From: Octopus sinensis
Lineage: Eukaryota
Assembly: GCF_006345805.1 (NCBI RefSeq)
Contig: NC_043006.1
Span: 95,914,001 to 95,978,000 of the forward strand
Reading direction: 5' to 3'
DNA length: 64,000 nucleotides
Below the pieces are notes generated by a model. It did no database searches. It was not told the origin of the DNA and saw only the letters and a list, made by a program, of their open reading frames with translations. The translations under genes were made by a program, and so were the position numbers. Below, piece after piece: positions 1 to 11,975 of the stretch. Position 1 is the first letter of the stretch. The number at the start of each line of letters is the position of its first letter.

Positions 1-498
1 TCTCAAATAACCTTAGCATTTGATTTTTCGATGTCCTTACCCCCACACTTTTGTGAGTTGAATTAAGCAAACACTATATATGAGAGAGATTTTCTTTAAG
101 TATTAGAAATAGCTTTTAAAAAAGTTTTTTAGCTGCTATTTCTAATGAGTTCAGTATGCGGCAAAGTAATTTATTTTACTAAGCCCTTTTATATAATGTA
201 TAATTTGAATTCGCCTTGAATGGTCCCTTTGCATACTGAACACTTGGTGAAATTGATTAATAATTAATTAATTTTGCCCTCAATTGTTGAAATTATAATT
301 AATCTCCCTCTGATTAATCTTCGGATTTTACCGAAATAAGCATAGTGTTTGATGTTTTTAACCCACGCTGGTGGAAAGGGGAGAACAGAGATTCTTCGCT
401 TGCTTATTTGAATTTGTTGATACTGAGTTACGAGCAGATCTTCGAAAGGGTATGTTCTTATTTTCATTTGTGTTTCCAAATCCAAACCAAGGAATTTC

Positions 499-551
499 TG
501 AGCTGATGATAGAAGTGTTGTTTTTGACTAATCTTGAAATGTACGTTCTCA
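499..551 (+). ncRNA. Type I hammerhead ribozyme motif, array copy 1
   Basis: Stem I TGAG/CTCA, CTGATGA core (503-509), weak stem II AGA-AGT/ACT-aa-TCT, GAAA (536-539), stem III ATGTACGT (C>T versus other copies), GUU triplet. Confidence 0.65.
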
Positions 552-1047
552 ATAACCTTAGCATTTGATTGATTTTTTCGATGTCCTTACCCCCAAACTT
601 TTGTGAGTTGAATTAAGCAAACAATATATGAGAGAGATTTTCTTTAAGTATTAAAAATAGCTTTTAAAAAAGTTTTTTAGCTGCTATTTCTAATGAGTTC
701 AGTATGCGGCAAAGTAATTTATTTTACTAAGCCCTTTTATATAATGTAATAATTTGAATTCGCCTTGAATGGTCCCTTTGCATACTGAACACTTGGTGAA
801 ATTGATTAATAATTAATTAATTTTGCCCTCAATTGTTGAAATTATAATTAATCTCCCTCTGATTAATGCTTCGGATTTTTTACCGAAATAAGCATAGTGT
901 TTGATGTTTTTAACCACGCTGGTGGAAAGGGAGGAGACAGAGATTCTTCGCTTGCTTATTTGAATTTGTTGATACTGTTAGTTACGAGCAGATCTTCGAA
1001 AGGGTATGTTCTTATTTTCAGTGTTTCAAATCCAAACCAAGGAATTC

Positions 1048-1099
1048 TGAGCTGATGATAGAGTGTTGTTTTGGACTAATCTTGAAACGTACGTTCTCA
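1048..1099 (+). ncRNA. Type I hammerhead ribozyme motif, array copy 2
   Basis: TGAG-CTGATGA...GAA-ACGTACGT-T-CTCA; palindromic stem III. Confidence 0.7.
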
Positions 1100-1592
1100 A
1101 ATAACCTTAGCATTTGATTTTTCGATGTCCTTACCCCCAAACTTTTGTGAGTTGAATTAAGCAAACACTATATATGAGAGAGATTTTCTTTAAGTATTAG
1201 AAATAGCTTTTAAAACAGTTTTTTAGCTGCTATTTCTAATGAGTTCAGTATGCGGCAAAGTAATTTATTTTACTAAGCCTTTTATATAATGTAATAATTT
1301 GAATTCGCCTTGAATGGTCCCTTTGCATACTGAACACTGGTGAAATTGATTAATAATTAATTAATTTTGCCCTCAATTGTTGAAATTATAATTAATCTCC
1401 CTCTGATTAATGCTTCGGATTTTACCGAAATAAGCATAGTGTTTGATGTTTTTAACCACGCTGCTGGAGGAAAGGGGAGAACAGAGATTCTTCGCTTGCT
1501 TATTTGAATTTGTTGATACTGTTAGTTACGAGCAGATCTTCGAAAGGGTATGTTCTTATTTTCAGTGTTTCCAAATCCAAACCAGGAATTTC

Positions 1593-1648
1593 TGAGCTGA
1601 TGATGATAGAAGTGTTGTTTTTGACTAATCTTGAAACGTACGTTCTCA
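1593..1648 (+). ncRNA. Type I hammerhead ribozyme motif, array copy 3
   Basis: Same motif with an extra TGA after the core. Confidence 0.65.
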
Positions 1649-2140
1649 AATAACCTTAGCATTTGATTTTTCGATGTCCTTACCCCCAAACTTTTGTGAG
1701 TTGAATTAAGCAAACACTATATATGAGAGAGATTTTCTTTAAGTATTAGAAATAGCTTTTAAAAAAGTTTTTTAGCTGCTATTTCTAATGAGTTCAGTAT
1801 GCGGCAAAGTAATTTATTTTACTAAGCCCTTTTATATAATGTAATAATTTGAATTCGCCTTGAATGGTCCCTTTGCATACTGAACACTTGGTGAAATTGA
1901 TTAATAATTAATTAATTTTGCCCTCAATTGTTGAAATTATAATTAATCTCCCTCTGATTAATGCTTCGGATTTTACCGAAATAAGCATAGTGTTTGATGT
2001 TTTTAACCACGCTGGTGGAAAGGGGAGAACAGAGATTCTTCGCTTGCTTATTTGAATTTGTTGATACTGTTAGTTACGAGCAGATCTTCGAAAGGGATGT
2101 TCTTATTTTCAGTGTTTCCAAATCCAAACCAAGGAATTTC

Positions 2141-2193
2141 TGAGCTGATGATAGAAGTGTTGTTTTTGACTAATCTTGAAACGTACGTTCTCA
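2141..2193 (+). ncRNA. Type I hammerhead ribozyme motif, array copy 4
   Basis: TGAG CTGATGA TAGAAGTGTTGTTTTTGACTAATCTT GAAACGTACGTT CTCA (consensus form). Confidence 0.72.
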
Positions 2194-2688
2194 AATAACC
2201 TTAGCATTTGATTTTTCGATGTCCTTACCCCCAAACTTTTGTGAGTTGAATTAAGCAAACACTATATATGAGAGAGATTTTCTTTAAGTATTAGAAATAG
2301 CTTTTAAAAAAGTTTTTTAGCTGCTATTTCTAATGAGTTCAGTATGCGGCAAAGTAATTTATTTTACTAAGCCCTTTTATATAATGTAATAATTTGAATT
2401 CGCCTTGAATGGTCCCTTTGCATACTGAACACTTGGTGAAATTGATTAATAATTAATTAATTTTGCCCTCAATTGTTGAAATTATAATTAATCTCCCTCT
2501 GATTAATGCTTCGGATTTTACCGAAATAAGCATAGTGTTTGATGTTTTTAACCCACGCTGGTGGAAAGGGGAGAACAGAGATTCTTCGCTTGCTTATTTG
2601 AATTGTTGATACTGTTAGTTACGAGCAGATCTTCGAAAGGGTATGTTCTTATTTTCAGTGTGTTTCCAAATCCAAACCAAGGAATTTC

Positions 2689-2739
2689 TGAGCTGATGAT
2701 AGAAGTGTGTTTTTGACTAATCTTGAAACGTACGTTTCA
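2689..2739 (+). ncRNA. Type I hammerhead ribozyme motif, array copy 5
   Basis: Same motif; one C missing from the 3' strand of stem I. Confidence 0.6.
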
Positions 2740-3229
2740 AATAACCTTAGCATTTGATTTTTCGATGTCCTTACCCCCAAACTTTTGTGAGTTGAATAAG
2801 CAAACACTATATATGAGAGAGATTTTCTTTAAGTATTAGAAATAGCTTTTAAAACAGTTTTTTAGCTGCTATTTCTAATGAGTTCAGCATGCGGCAAAGT
2901 AATTTATTTTACTAGCCCTTTTATATATGTAATAATTTGAATTCGCCTTGAATGGTCCCTTTGCATACTGAACACTTGGTGAAATTGATTAATAATTAAT
3001 AATTTTGCCCTCAATTGTTGAAATTATAATTAATCTCCCTCTGATTAATGCTTCGGATTTTACCGAAATAAGCATAGTGTTTGATGTTTTTAACCCACGC
3101 GCTGGTGGAAAGGGGAGAACAGAGATTCTTCGCTTGCTTATTTGAATTGTTGATACTGTTAGTTACGAGCAGATCTTCGAAAGGGTATGTTCTATTTTCA
3201 GTGTTTCCAAATCCAAACCAAGGAATTTC

Positions 3230-3282
3230 TGAGCTGATGATAGAATGTTTGTTTTTGACTAATCTTGAAACGTACGTTCTCA
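3230..3282 (+). ncRNA. Type I hammerhead ribozyme motif, array copy 6
   Basis: Same motif; TGAG/CTCA, CTGATGA and GAAACGTACGTT intact. Confidence 0.7.
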
Positions 3283-3725
3283 AATAACCTTAGCATTTGA
3301 TTTTTCGATGTCCTTACCCCCAAACTTTTGTGAGTTGAATTAAGCAAACACTATATATGAGAGAGATTTTCTTTAAGTATTAGAAATAGCTTTTAAAAAA
3401 GTTTTTTAGCTGCTATTTCTAATGAGTTCAGTATGCGGCAAAGTAATTTATTTTACTAAGCCCTTTTATATAATGTAATAATTTGAATTCGCCTTGAATG
3501 GTCCCTTTGCATACTGAACACTTGGTGAAATTGATTAATAATTAATTAATTTTGCCCTCAATTGTTGAAATATATATATATATATATATAAGTTCAGCAA
3601 GATTTAGATTCAGATGAATATGGTACTTAAGTTAGATGCACCAGAATTTTGAATGGTGTTATGTATATAAATCCATGGGGTGATTATAAGCAAAAATAAG
3701 CAACAAGAATAACTCGGTAATTTGG

Positions 3726-3808
3726 TAAGATCTTTCGCTCTACGTCATTTTATTAAATATTGTAAGTATTACAACAGTTTTAAAATGTTGAGCAATCATT
3801 AGCTATTT
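3726..3808 (-). ncRNA. Decayed hammerhead-like motif at the 3' end of the minus-strand PLE
   Basis: Minus strand reads CTAATGA (core mutated), TT, then GCTC...GAGC closing a long hairpin, GAA, AGATCT palindrome. Stem I pairs poorly. Confidence 0.35.
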
Positions 3809-4879
3809 ATAGAGGTTTTCCATTAATACATAATTTTCATATCAATTGATGACATTATAGAGAAGGTAGATATATAGACAGAGATGTCGATTTAAATTTT
3901 AAGAACCATAAGGTAGTAGAGTTTATCTTCCGACTGAAGAATATACGTTAAGTTATTTTGAACTGCTAGAAGTTTGGAAATTATAATCAGTTGAAAGAAG
4001 ACAAAGACATTTTCTATTTATAGAAATAGGGGTGAAATAAATTTCAGACAGTGTTCATAAAGAAATTAAGGTAGAGAGGGGGTTGTAATGCCATAGAAGC
4101 TGTTTACTACTATTTTGCAAACAGATATTGTATTAGGAAAACTAGGTCAATGTCATATGGTCACAGTGACCACTTATATACCAAAACGTTATAGAGAATA
4201 CACAGATCCCTTTATACTTATAAACATCAGCTTTATACTTAGCTGGTAGCTGTTGAATATTTTTATACGTTGGATTAAAGGAGAAATTATAAATCTAATA
4301 TTTATTCATTTTGGAGACAAATCTATCACTTAATGAGTAGGCATAATACTCAAGAACTGAGGACAAACGTCTTATTAATCAAGTGAATATATTGGGGGTC
4401 AGATATGTATAATAGAAAAACTGGGAGAGGAGTAATCAAGAAGAATAATTTTCTTAGGTTTAGTAGAAGGTGATGTTTTTTATGAAGAGAAGTAATTAAG
4501 AAGAGTAAATTTCTCAGATTTAGTAGATAGTGAATTGTTATTATTGAATTAAAATATAGAATCTGTTAGACATAATATTTACTACTCGCGGAGAAAAGCT
4601 AATTAGTTAGGTAAAAATATCCTCGGTTAGTGATATATTAAGAAAAAGAAGTGAGGTAATCAAGGTGAACAGAGTAGTTTCTTTAGGGACATAGAATTTA
4701 TACTATTTAATATAGGAGATTATAAAAAAAAGAGAATTTAATTCTAAATATGCAATGAAGTTTTTTAGTAATCTATGCATGTTGAATTAAAAGCAAGTAT
4801 GGTATATTCATTCTTATTTAGTTATAAAGAATTAGAATTGGAAAAATTTAGGAATGGTCTCAATATTATTATCTAAAAT

Positions 4880-5520
4880 ATTTAAACGCACGGGTTGTGC
4901 GATGTATGCTAATTACTCCTAGTTCAGAACGGTTAACAGATTTGTATTATTCCTATGTTTTAAAATTTCATGTTTCCATAGAACAAAGTTCCCAACCATC
5001 TCTACTATTTTTATAAGGCCATCCTTTTTTTTACTATATCCCATTTCAGGTTAAATTCTATATATTATTCGTTTTCAGTTCCCAAATTTTACTAGACAAT
5101 GCTGTGCAACCTGCCTTGTGTTTAAGCCTAAAGGAGGAAAAATGATTGTTTAAACGTTTTTTTAAAATCTACCGAACAACCGAAATAAAGATAGTTGTTA
5201 TTTGAAGTCACTATTGTACATTTATAAATTACATTTTGGACCAAACAGCGGCCAGATACCGGACATTTCGATCTAATCTTACAATTACAACTGGGGGGAT
5301 TATTCCTGGTATTATTTATGGACAATTCGTTTACATTTCCGTTACTCGAGTTGTTATTAGTATTAGTATTATTTCCTCTAATAGTATGTATATTGTTATG
5401 TAAACTGGGGTTACTAGTTATTAATCTATTCTCACTATGTTCACCTACTACATTTTTATCTATACTACCTATATTATTGATGTTGTTATTATCACTATTT
5501 ATATCAATTTTGTTATTCTT
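4880..5520 (-). pseudogene. Penelope-like element GIY-YIG endonuclease region (frameshifted)
   Basis: CNCKIRSKCPVSGRCLVQNVIYKC...YLYFG...FKK, then TALSSKIWELK...LKWDIV...ELCSME in an adjacent frame. This is the Cys-rich linker plus GIY-YIG typical of PLEs. Confidence 0.8.
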
Positions 5521-5541
5521 CTTCTTCTTTTTCTTCTTCTT

Positions 5542-5601
<60 letters not shown>

Positions 5602-5692
5602 GTTGTTGTTGTTGTTGTTATTATCATCATCATCATCATTATTATTATTATTATTATTGTTATTATTGTTATTATTATTATTATTATTATTA

Positions 5693-6393
5693 TACAGTAG
5701 TTTTATTTTTATAGCGTGCTTTCACTTCACTACCGAGCGCAGCTCTGTGTGCCTTGGGTATGTGCTGTGATTTGTTGTGATGCTCTGATGGTTATTGTAT
5801 GGAAAGTGTTCTGCGTAGGATGTGTGCAGTGCCTAGTAGTGCAATTTTCTGTATGTTATATGTGTTTGTAAGTCCTGGTGTTTTTGTTATGTATTTGTCT
5901 GAATATTTTTTTATCATGCCTAATGCACCTACTATGATAGGAATTGTTTCTGTTTTCAAGTTCAACATTCTAGTTACCTCTATTTCCAGGTCTTTGTATT
6001 TTGAGAGTTTCTCCATTTCTTTTAGAGACACGTTGTCATCTGCCGGTATTGATACATCAATTAGAAAGCATTTTTTTTCTTCATGATCTCTGACAACTAT
6101 ATCTGGTCTGTTGGCCTTAATTTCTCTATCTGTGTGTATCGGCATATCCCAGAGTATGGTTGCTTTCTCGTTTTCTGTGACCTTTTCTGGTGTGTGCCTA
6201 TACCATCTTTTTTCTGTTGTTATTCCATAATGTTGGCATAGCTTCCAATGTATGTAGGTTCCAACTTTGTCATGTCTGTGAATATATTCCTTCTTAGCCA
6301 GGACTGGGCAGCTAGAGATAATATGATTTATTGTTTCTTGTCCATCTCCACATATTCTGCAGTTACTTGTAATATTTCTTTTCATTACATGTT
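5693..6393 (-). mobile_element. 5'-truncated R4/Dong-type non-LTR retrotransposon (CCHC finger + restriction-like endonuclease), copy A
   Basis: CRIC..ETINHIISSC, RHD, RPDIVV..LIDVSIP..KLSKYKDL motifs; flanked by (TAA)n on both sides. Confidence 0.88.
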
Positions 6394-6467
6394 TTATTAT
6401 TATTATTATTATTATTATTATCATTAGCATTATCAGTATTATCATTCTTCTTCTTATTATTATTATT

Positions 6468-7868
6468 CTATGTTTGACTTTTGCTTTATATTTGTACAAG
6501 TTGGCTCGAAGTCTCACCCAGAGACCTCAAGAGACAACAGGTTGGAAGTTCATATTGTTGTTATGCCTAGTGTGCCATATATTTGGGGGGGTTGGTGTTG
6601 TACTAATGAATGTCTAAACAAATTTTTTTTTTTTTTTTAAACCGAAAAGTATGTTTGTTTTAAACCTTGAGATTACATAGAAAGTATTTTGCGTAGGATA
6701 TGAGCAGTTCCCATGAGCACTATCTTTTGAATTTCTGCCATTTTGTGGTTTCCTGGTATCAGAGTTAGGTAGCTATCAGCCCCTTTTGCTATCATTCCCA
6801 GGGCACCTATGACAACAGGTATTGTTTTAGTCTTCAGGTTCCACATTTTGCTGATTTCTATTTCAAGATTTTTATATTTGCTCAGTTTTTGGTAGGTCTT
6901 GACAGATACGTTTATATCGATTGGGACAGTCATATCAATGAGGAGGCATGTTCTTTTTCTGAAGTCTTTCAATATGGTGTCTGGCCTATTTGCATCTATC
7001 TTTCTGTCAGTTCGAATGGTGAAGTTCCAGAGGAGTGAGATGTGGTCAATTTCAAGCACTGGGGGTGGTTTGTGTTCCCACCAGTTTTTTTCATGGGGCA
7101 AATCCAGGTTTTTGCAGATTACCCAGTGAATACATTGTGCAGCTCTATCGTGTCTTTTGAGATACTCTGTAGGCGCTAGAAGACTGCACTTGGAGACAAC
7201 ATGGTCAATGGTTTCATTTTGTTGCTGGCATACACGACACGTTGGACTGCTTCTGATCTTTAATATGTTGGCCTGGTAGTTTCTTGTTGGTAGGCATTGA
7301 TCTTGAGCTGCTATGATAAACCCCTCTGTTTCAGATTTTAAGCCAGAGGCCATTAGCCATTGATGGGTCAGGGCTTTGTCAACATCTGCATTATTTGCTC
7401 CCTTTGGGTATTTGCCATAGAGAGGTTTTTCTTGCCATTTATCATTCAGAATATCTAAGGCCGCAGATTTAGCACGGGTTTTCATGCGCTTAGCTTTTTC
7501 TGTGCATGTTTCTTGTATGTCTATCTCTAATTCCGAAATTTGTTGTATTCGGAATTCACTTAGATATTCCTTTGCCTGTTTTGTTACTGAGTATGATGCT
7601 TTCTTGTTTTCATGTTTTGAGACAAGTTTTAACATCCAGTCCTCAGAGTTTTTCAGGTAGGTGTCTAGGCCAATTGTAGCAATCTTCATTATTATTGCCA
7701 GTTGTAAAAGTCCACGGCCTCCCTCTTTTCTTGGCAGATAAAGTCGTTCTGTATCTGCCTTAGGGTGGTGCATTCTATGCATTGTCAACAGTTTTCGTAT
7801 TTTTCTGTCAAGATTACATATTTCAGGAATTAACCAGATAACGATATTGAAACGGTAAGTCACAACTT
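6468..7868 (-). mobile_element. 5'-truncated R4/Dong-type non-LTR retrotransposon, copy B (different subfamily)
   Basis: 396-aa ORF 6673-7863: LDRKIRKLL..RLYLPRKEGGRGL, AAQDQCLPTRNY, CRVC..ETIDHVVSKC, RHD, RPD..LID..KY; bounded by (TAA)n. Confidence 0.9.
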
Positions 7869-8390
7869 ATTATTATTATTATTATCATTATTATTGCTAT
7901 TTTTATTAATATTATTACTATTATTATAGTTGTTACTATTTATTCTATCTCTAGCTAACTTTATATTTTTACTATTAAGTCTAGCTATTATGGTAGCCAT
8001 ATTTGGAAGAGTAGAATGTGATATTCTTACTGATTTCTGAGATATTATTTTATAATATTTATGGGAAGCTGGGAAATTTTTTTCCAGTATAGACATATAT
8101 CTACTGTATGTATTCGTAGAGATCGTACAGTTGAAGGGGATATTTAATCAAATAACATGTTTTCTTTTATATTTTTAATTTGAGTAAGAGTGGGAAAGAT
8201 TAATGTTATCTATATTCTTTCGAGATTCATTATTCATTTAGTCTTATATTTATGTTTATTAGGTATTTTATTTGTAGGGGATATTTTTATATTATTATTT
8301 ACATTTATTTTATCTGTTTTAACATTTTCATATTTATTTATGATCTGTTTACTATTTTCATTTATATTATTGAGTTTATATAATAGGTTT
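7869..8390 (-). pseudogene. Upstream part of the same PLE ORF (pre-endonuclease linker)
   Basis: RKHVI*LNIPFN...ILEKNFPASHKYYKII..SVRISHSTLPNMATII resembles the PLE IWFNPP..KHFP..H..KISYSC..N motif and runs into a poly-Asn tract. Confidence 0.7.
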
Positions 8391-8466
8391 AAATACACAC
8401 ACACACACACACATACACACACACATATATATATATATATACAGTTACATGTACATATGTATATAA

Positions 8467-8480
<14 letters not shown>

Positions 8481-8500
<20 letters not shown>

Positions 8501-9178
8501 ATTTACATATACAGAAAAAAGAGAGAGAGGCAGACAGACAAAGACAGAGAGAGAAAGAGAGAGGGAAGGTGGGGAGAGGCAGAGAATAGAAATGTAAATA
8601 CTTGCATATATAGGTACTTACAGACATAGGTACCCACCCATACACCTGCATATATAGAAGTACGTAGGCATACACAAGCATATATATTTATCTATCTATA
8701 AATATTCTCGATTACGACGAAGAGTGTTCCAGTTGATCTGACCAACGGAACAGCCTGATCGTGAAATTACCGTGCAAGTGGCTGAGCACTCCACAGACAC
8801 GTGCATCTTAGCGACGTTCTTGGGGAGATTCAGCGTGACACAAAGCGTGACAAGCACAACAGGCACAACTGAACAAAATGAGAGGAAATTGTGATGAAAG
8901 AGTACAGCAGGGTTTGCCACTAACCACTGCCAGAGCTTTGTGGTGCTTTAGGTGATTTCGCTGAATAAACCCCTCTGTGTGTGTGTGTGTGTGTGTGTAT
9001 TTACATATACAGAAAAAAGAGAGAGAGGCAGACAGACAAAGACAAAGACAGAGAGAGAAAGAGAGAGGGAAGGTGGGGAGAGGCAGAGAATAGAAATGTA
9101 AATACTTGCATATATAGGTACTTAAAGACATAGGTACGCACCCATACACCTGCATATATAGAAGTACGTAGGCATACA
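8481..9178. repeat. ~200-bp direct duplication (8481-8676 / 8977-9178) flanking a SINE fragment
   Basis: GTATTTACATATACAGAAAAAAGAGAGAG...GAAGTACGTAGGCATAC present twice; the intervening 8710-8870 matches the SINE at 12714-12980. Confidence 0.85.
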
Positions 9179-9945
9179 ATCCTACTACCGCGAGTCCGCT
9201 GTGCCCTGACCACTGTACCATTGCGCCTCCATTATATATATATACACGAGAGACAGAGAGCGGGGCGAAAAAGAGGAGAGAATTATAATTGCAGTTAACT
9301 ATACAAAGAAAATATCGCCGTATACTAAGTAAAAAAGTACTGAGGATGTTAAATAGATTAAATATTATTTATTATATTATAAAGTTACCTACTTTTCCAC
9401 GGATGACATATTAAACGACAATACACACATATATATACATACATATATATATACAAACATATATATATACATATATATACATACATATATATATGTATAT
9501 ACATACATACATATATATAATATATATACATACACATATGTGTGTATTCACATATATATACATATGTACAATATAAATATACGAATATAAATATTAATGT
9601 ATATATGTACCTATGTGGGTATGTATTAGTGTGTAGTATAAAATATATAATTAAATGAATAAAAATATTATATATTACTCCCCTATATAATAAGCTAGTA
9701 TTGAGTTATTTGTCAGTGTTTATTCTCTTGTAATGAGCCACACATTATATACACACGCACCGGTATATATCTATCTATTTATTTGTATATATATATTATA
9801 TATAATATATATATATATATATATTGTGTGTGTGTGTGTGTACTATGTATAGGAGCATGTATGTGTTTCTGTATATGTATATGTCTGTATGTTACGAGGT
9901 GTATATATAATAATATATACATATATATGAGTATATAATATATAC

Positions 9946-10018
<73 letters not shown>

Positions 10019-10562
10019 TATTATATATATTATATATATATATGTGTACGTATGTATAAATGGAGATAAGTTTTCCTTTTGAATTTTCAAACGCCATAAC
10101 ACGAAACTCAATTATTTCACCGACTATATGTCGAAAATTGTGGCGTAAAAAATTAACAACACGCACGCCACCGACAAAACACACACACACACGGACACAT
10201 ACACACGTACATACACATGCATTCATACATACACACATAGACACACGCACATAAACATATACATATATACATTTAAACTAATATACATTTATAAATGTCT
10301 ATGTGTATAATATATAAACATCTATGTGTTTGTGTGTGTGTGTTCGTGTGCGCGTGTGTGTGTGCGTATTCCTATACATATCTATGTATTTGAATATGTA
10401 TGCATACGCATATATATGATATATATTTGTATATATATATACATATATATAAATATTTAATATAATAATATATATATATAATATACATATGATATATATA
10501 TATATACACATGCATATACATATATATATATATACACATACATATACATATATAATAATGCT

Positions 10563-10595
<33 letters not shown>

Positions 10596-11734
10596 ATAAA
10601 CTGCATATACATATATATATAATATCTATATATATCTATCTATCTCTATATATATATATATATGTATATAATAATATATACATACATATACATATATAAT
10701 AATGCTTATATATATATATATATATACACACATGCATATACATATTTTAGTGTACGTATAGGTGTTTGAATGTATACACGTGTGTTTAATATTTTATATA
10801 TTCAGTAAAGTTTTCAATTCACCTCGTTTTGTTAAATTTATTACATTTGATTGTGTTCTCTCGCAGAACATGTGTTTTGCAAATTTTCTCATTACGTTGT
10901 AACATATATGTATTCATACGATTACATGTATCTATACATGTATTTATATTTTTGCTTTGCGTGTTTTTCGATTGAAATACATTAAAAAATATACAGTTTT
11001 GGCTTTGTGCTTCTTTATTCAGAATAATCCACGTTTACTGAAAAAATATTTTTATTAAAAATTTGTCATTTATTTAGTTTTCGTATGCAACTTTTGATTA
11101 CTTATTTCAGAGTGAATAGCTTAAATATGTTTGTATTTATATATATGTAGGTAGTTCTACATAAATTTCAGAAAAACTTGTACATGTGCCAACTAATATT
11201 TATTTACAAGTTCTCTCGTCCTGCTTGTAAATTCAGCTGCTCTCCTATATAATTGGGGCCATTCCTTTCCTAAGAAATATTGCTCTGTCAAAGCAAAACC
11301 CTCAGATCATCAACTACGCCATGTGAAGATGGAATATTTTTTAACGACCAGCAAAGAACTGATGTTGAACCAGTGCGTGTGTTTATTATTATTGGTGCAA
11401 TGACCCCCTATAGACACAACAAGATACTACTTCATTATATCACGTAAGTGAAATAAAAACTAACATGTCTTCTTTTTTATTTTATTTTTTAGTATAAACT
11501 CTCACCCCCACTAATCTACTGATTGTATGATTGTATGATTGTACAGACATTTTATTTGCCATGTTTTTCTACGGTTAAAGGGATATGCAAGCTCTCTTGT
11601 GTTATTTATAAGTTCGTCATTTTGCCTCCAGTCTCAGCACACGGCACTAGCAAGTGTCTTCTACTACAGCCGACCAATGCCATGTGAGTGAATTTAGTAG
11701 ACGGAAACTGAAAACAGCCCGTCTTTCATAAAAA

Positions 11735-11928
11735 AACATTATTTACATCATTTACATTATTTACATGTGATGGATATTTATCTTCATCTTGTTTGTTGTT
11801 AACACAACGTTTCGGCTGATATACCCTCCAGCCTTCTTCAGGTGTCTTGGGGAAATTTCGAACCTGGGTTCTTATTTCCTAAGGTATTTTTCAATACTAT
11901 TATTATTATTATCTCATCATCATCATCA

Positions 11929-11975
<47 letters not shown>

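Larger units (their letters stand above)
1..3570 (+). repeat. Tandem array of ~546-bp non-coding monomer (~6.5 copies, continues past window start), one hammerhead motif per monomer
   Basis: TCTCAAATAACCTTAGC recurs at ~1, 547, 1095, 1644, 2189, 2736, 3278. Copies differ mainly by 1-3 nt indels. Ends mid-unit at a (TA)n tract. No ORF is conserved between copies. Confidence 0.97.

Noticed and set aside
1-3570. Small ORFs in the tandem array, or a CRISPR-like reading
   Set aside because: ORFs are not conserved between near-identical units. The whole unit repeats, so there are no unique spacers, and the context is eukaryotic.
5318-5770. Hydrophobic poly-Leu/Phe/Ile 'membrane protein' ORFs (also 11842, 19448, 51459 and the many [12 protein letters not shown] ORFs)
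   Set aside because: These are translations of microsatellites.
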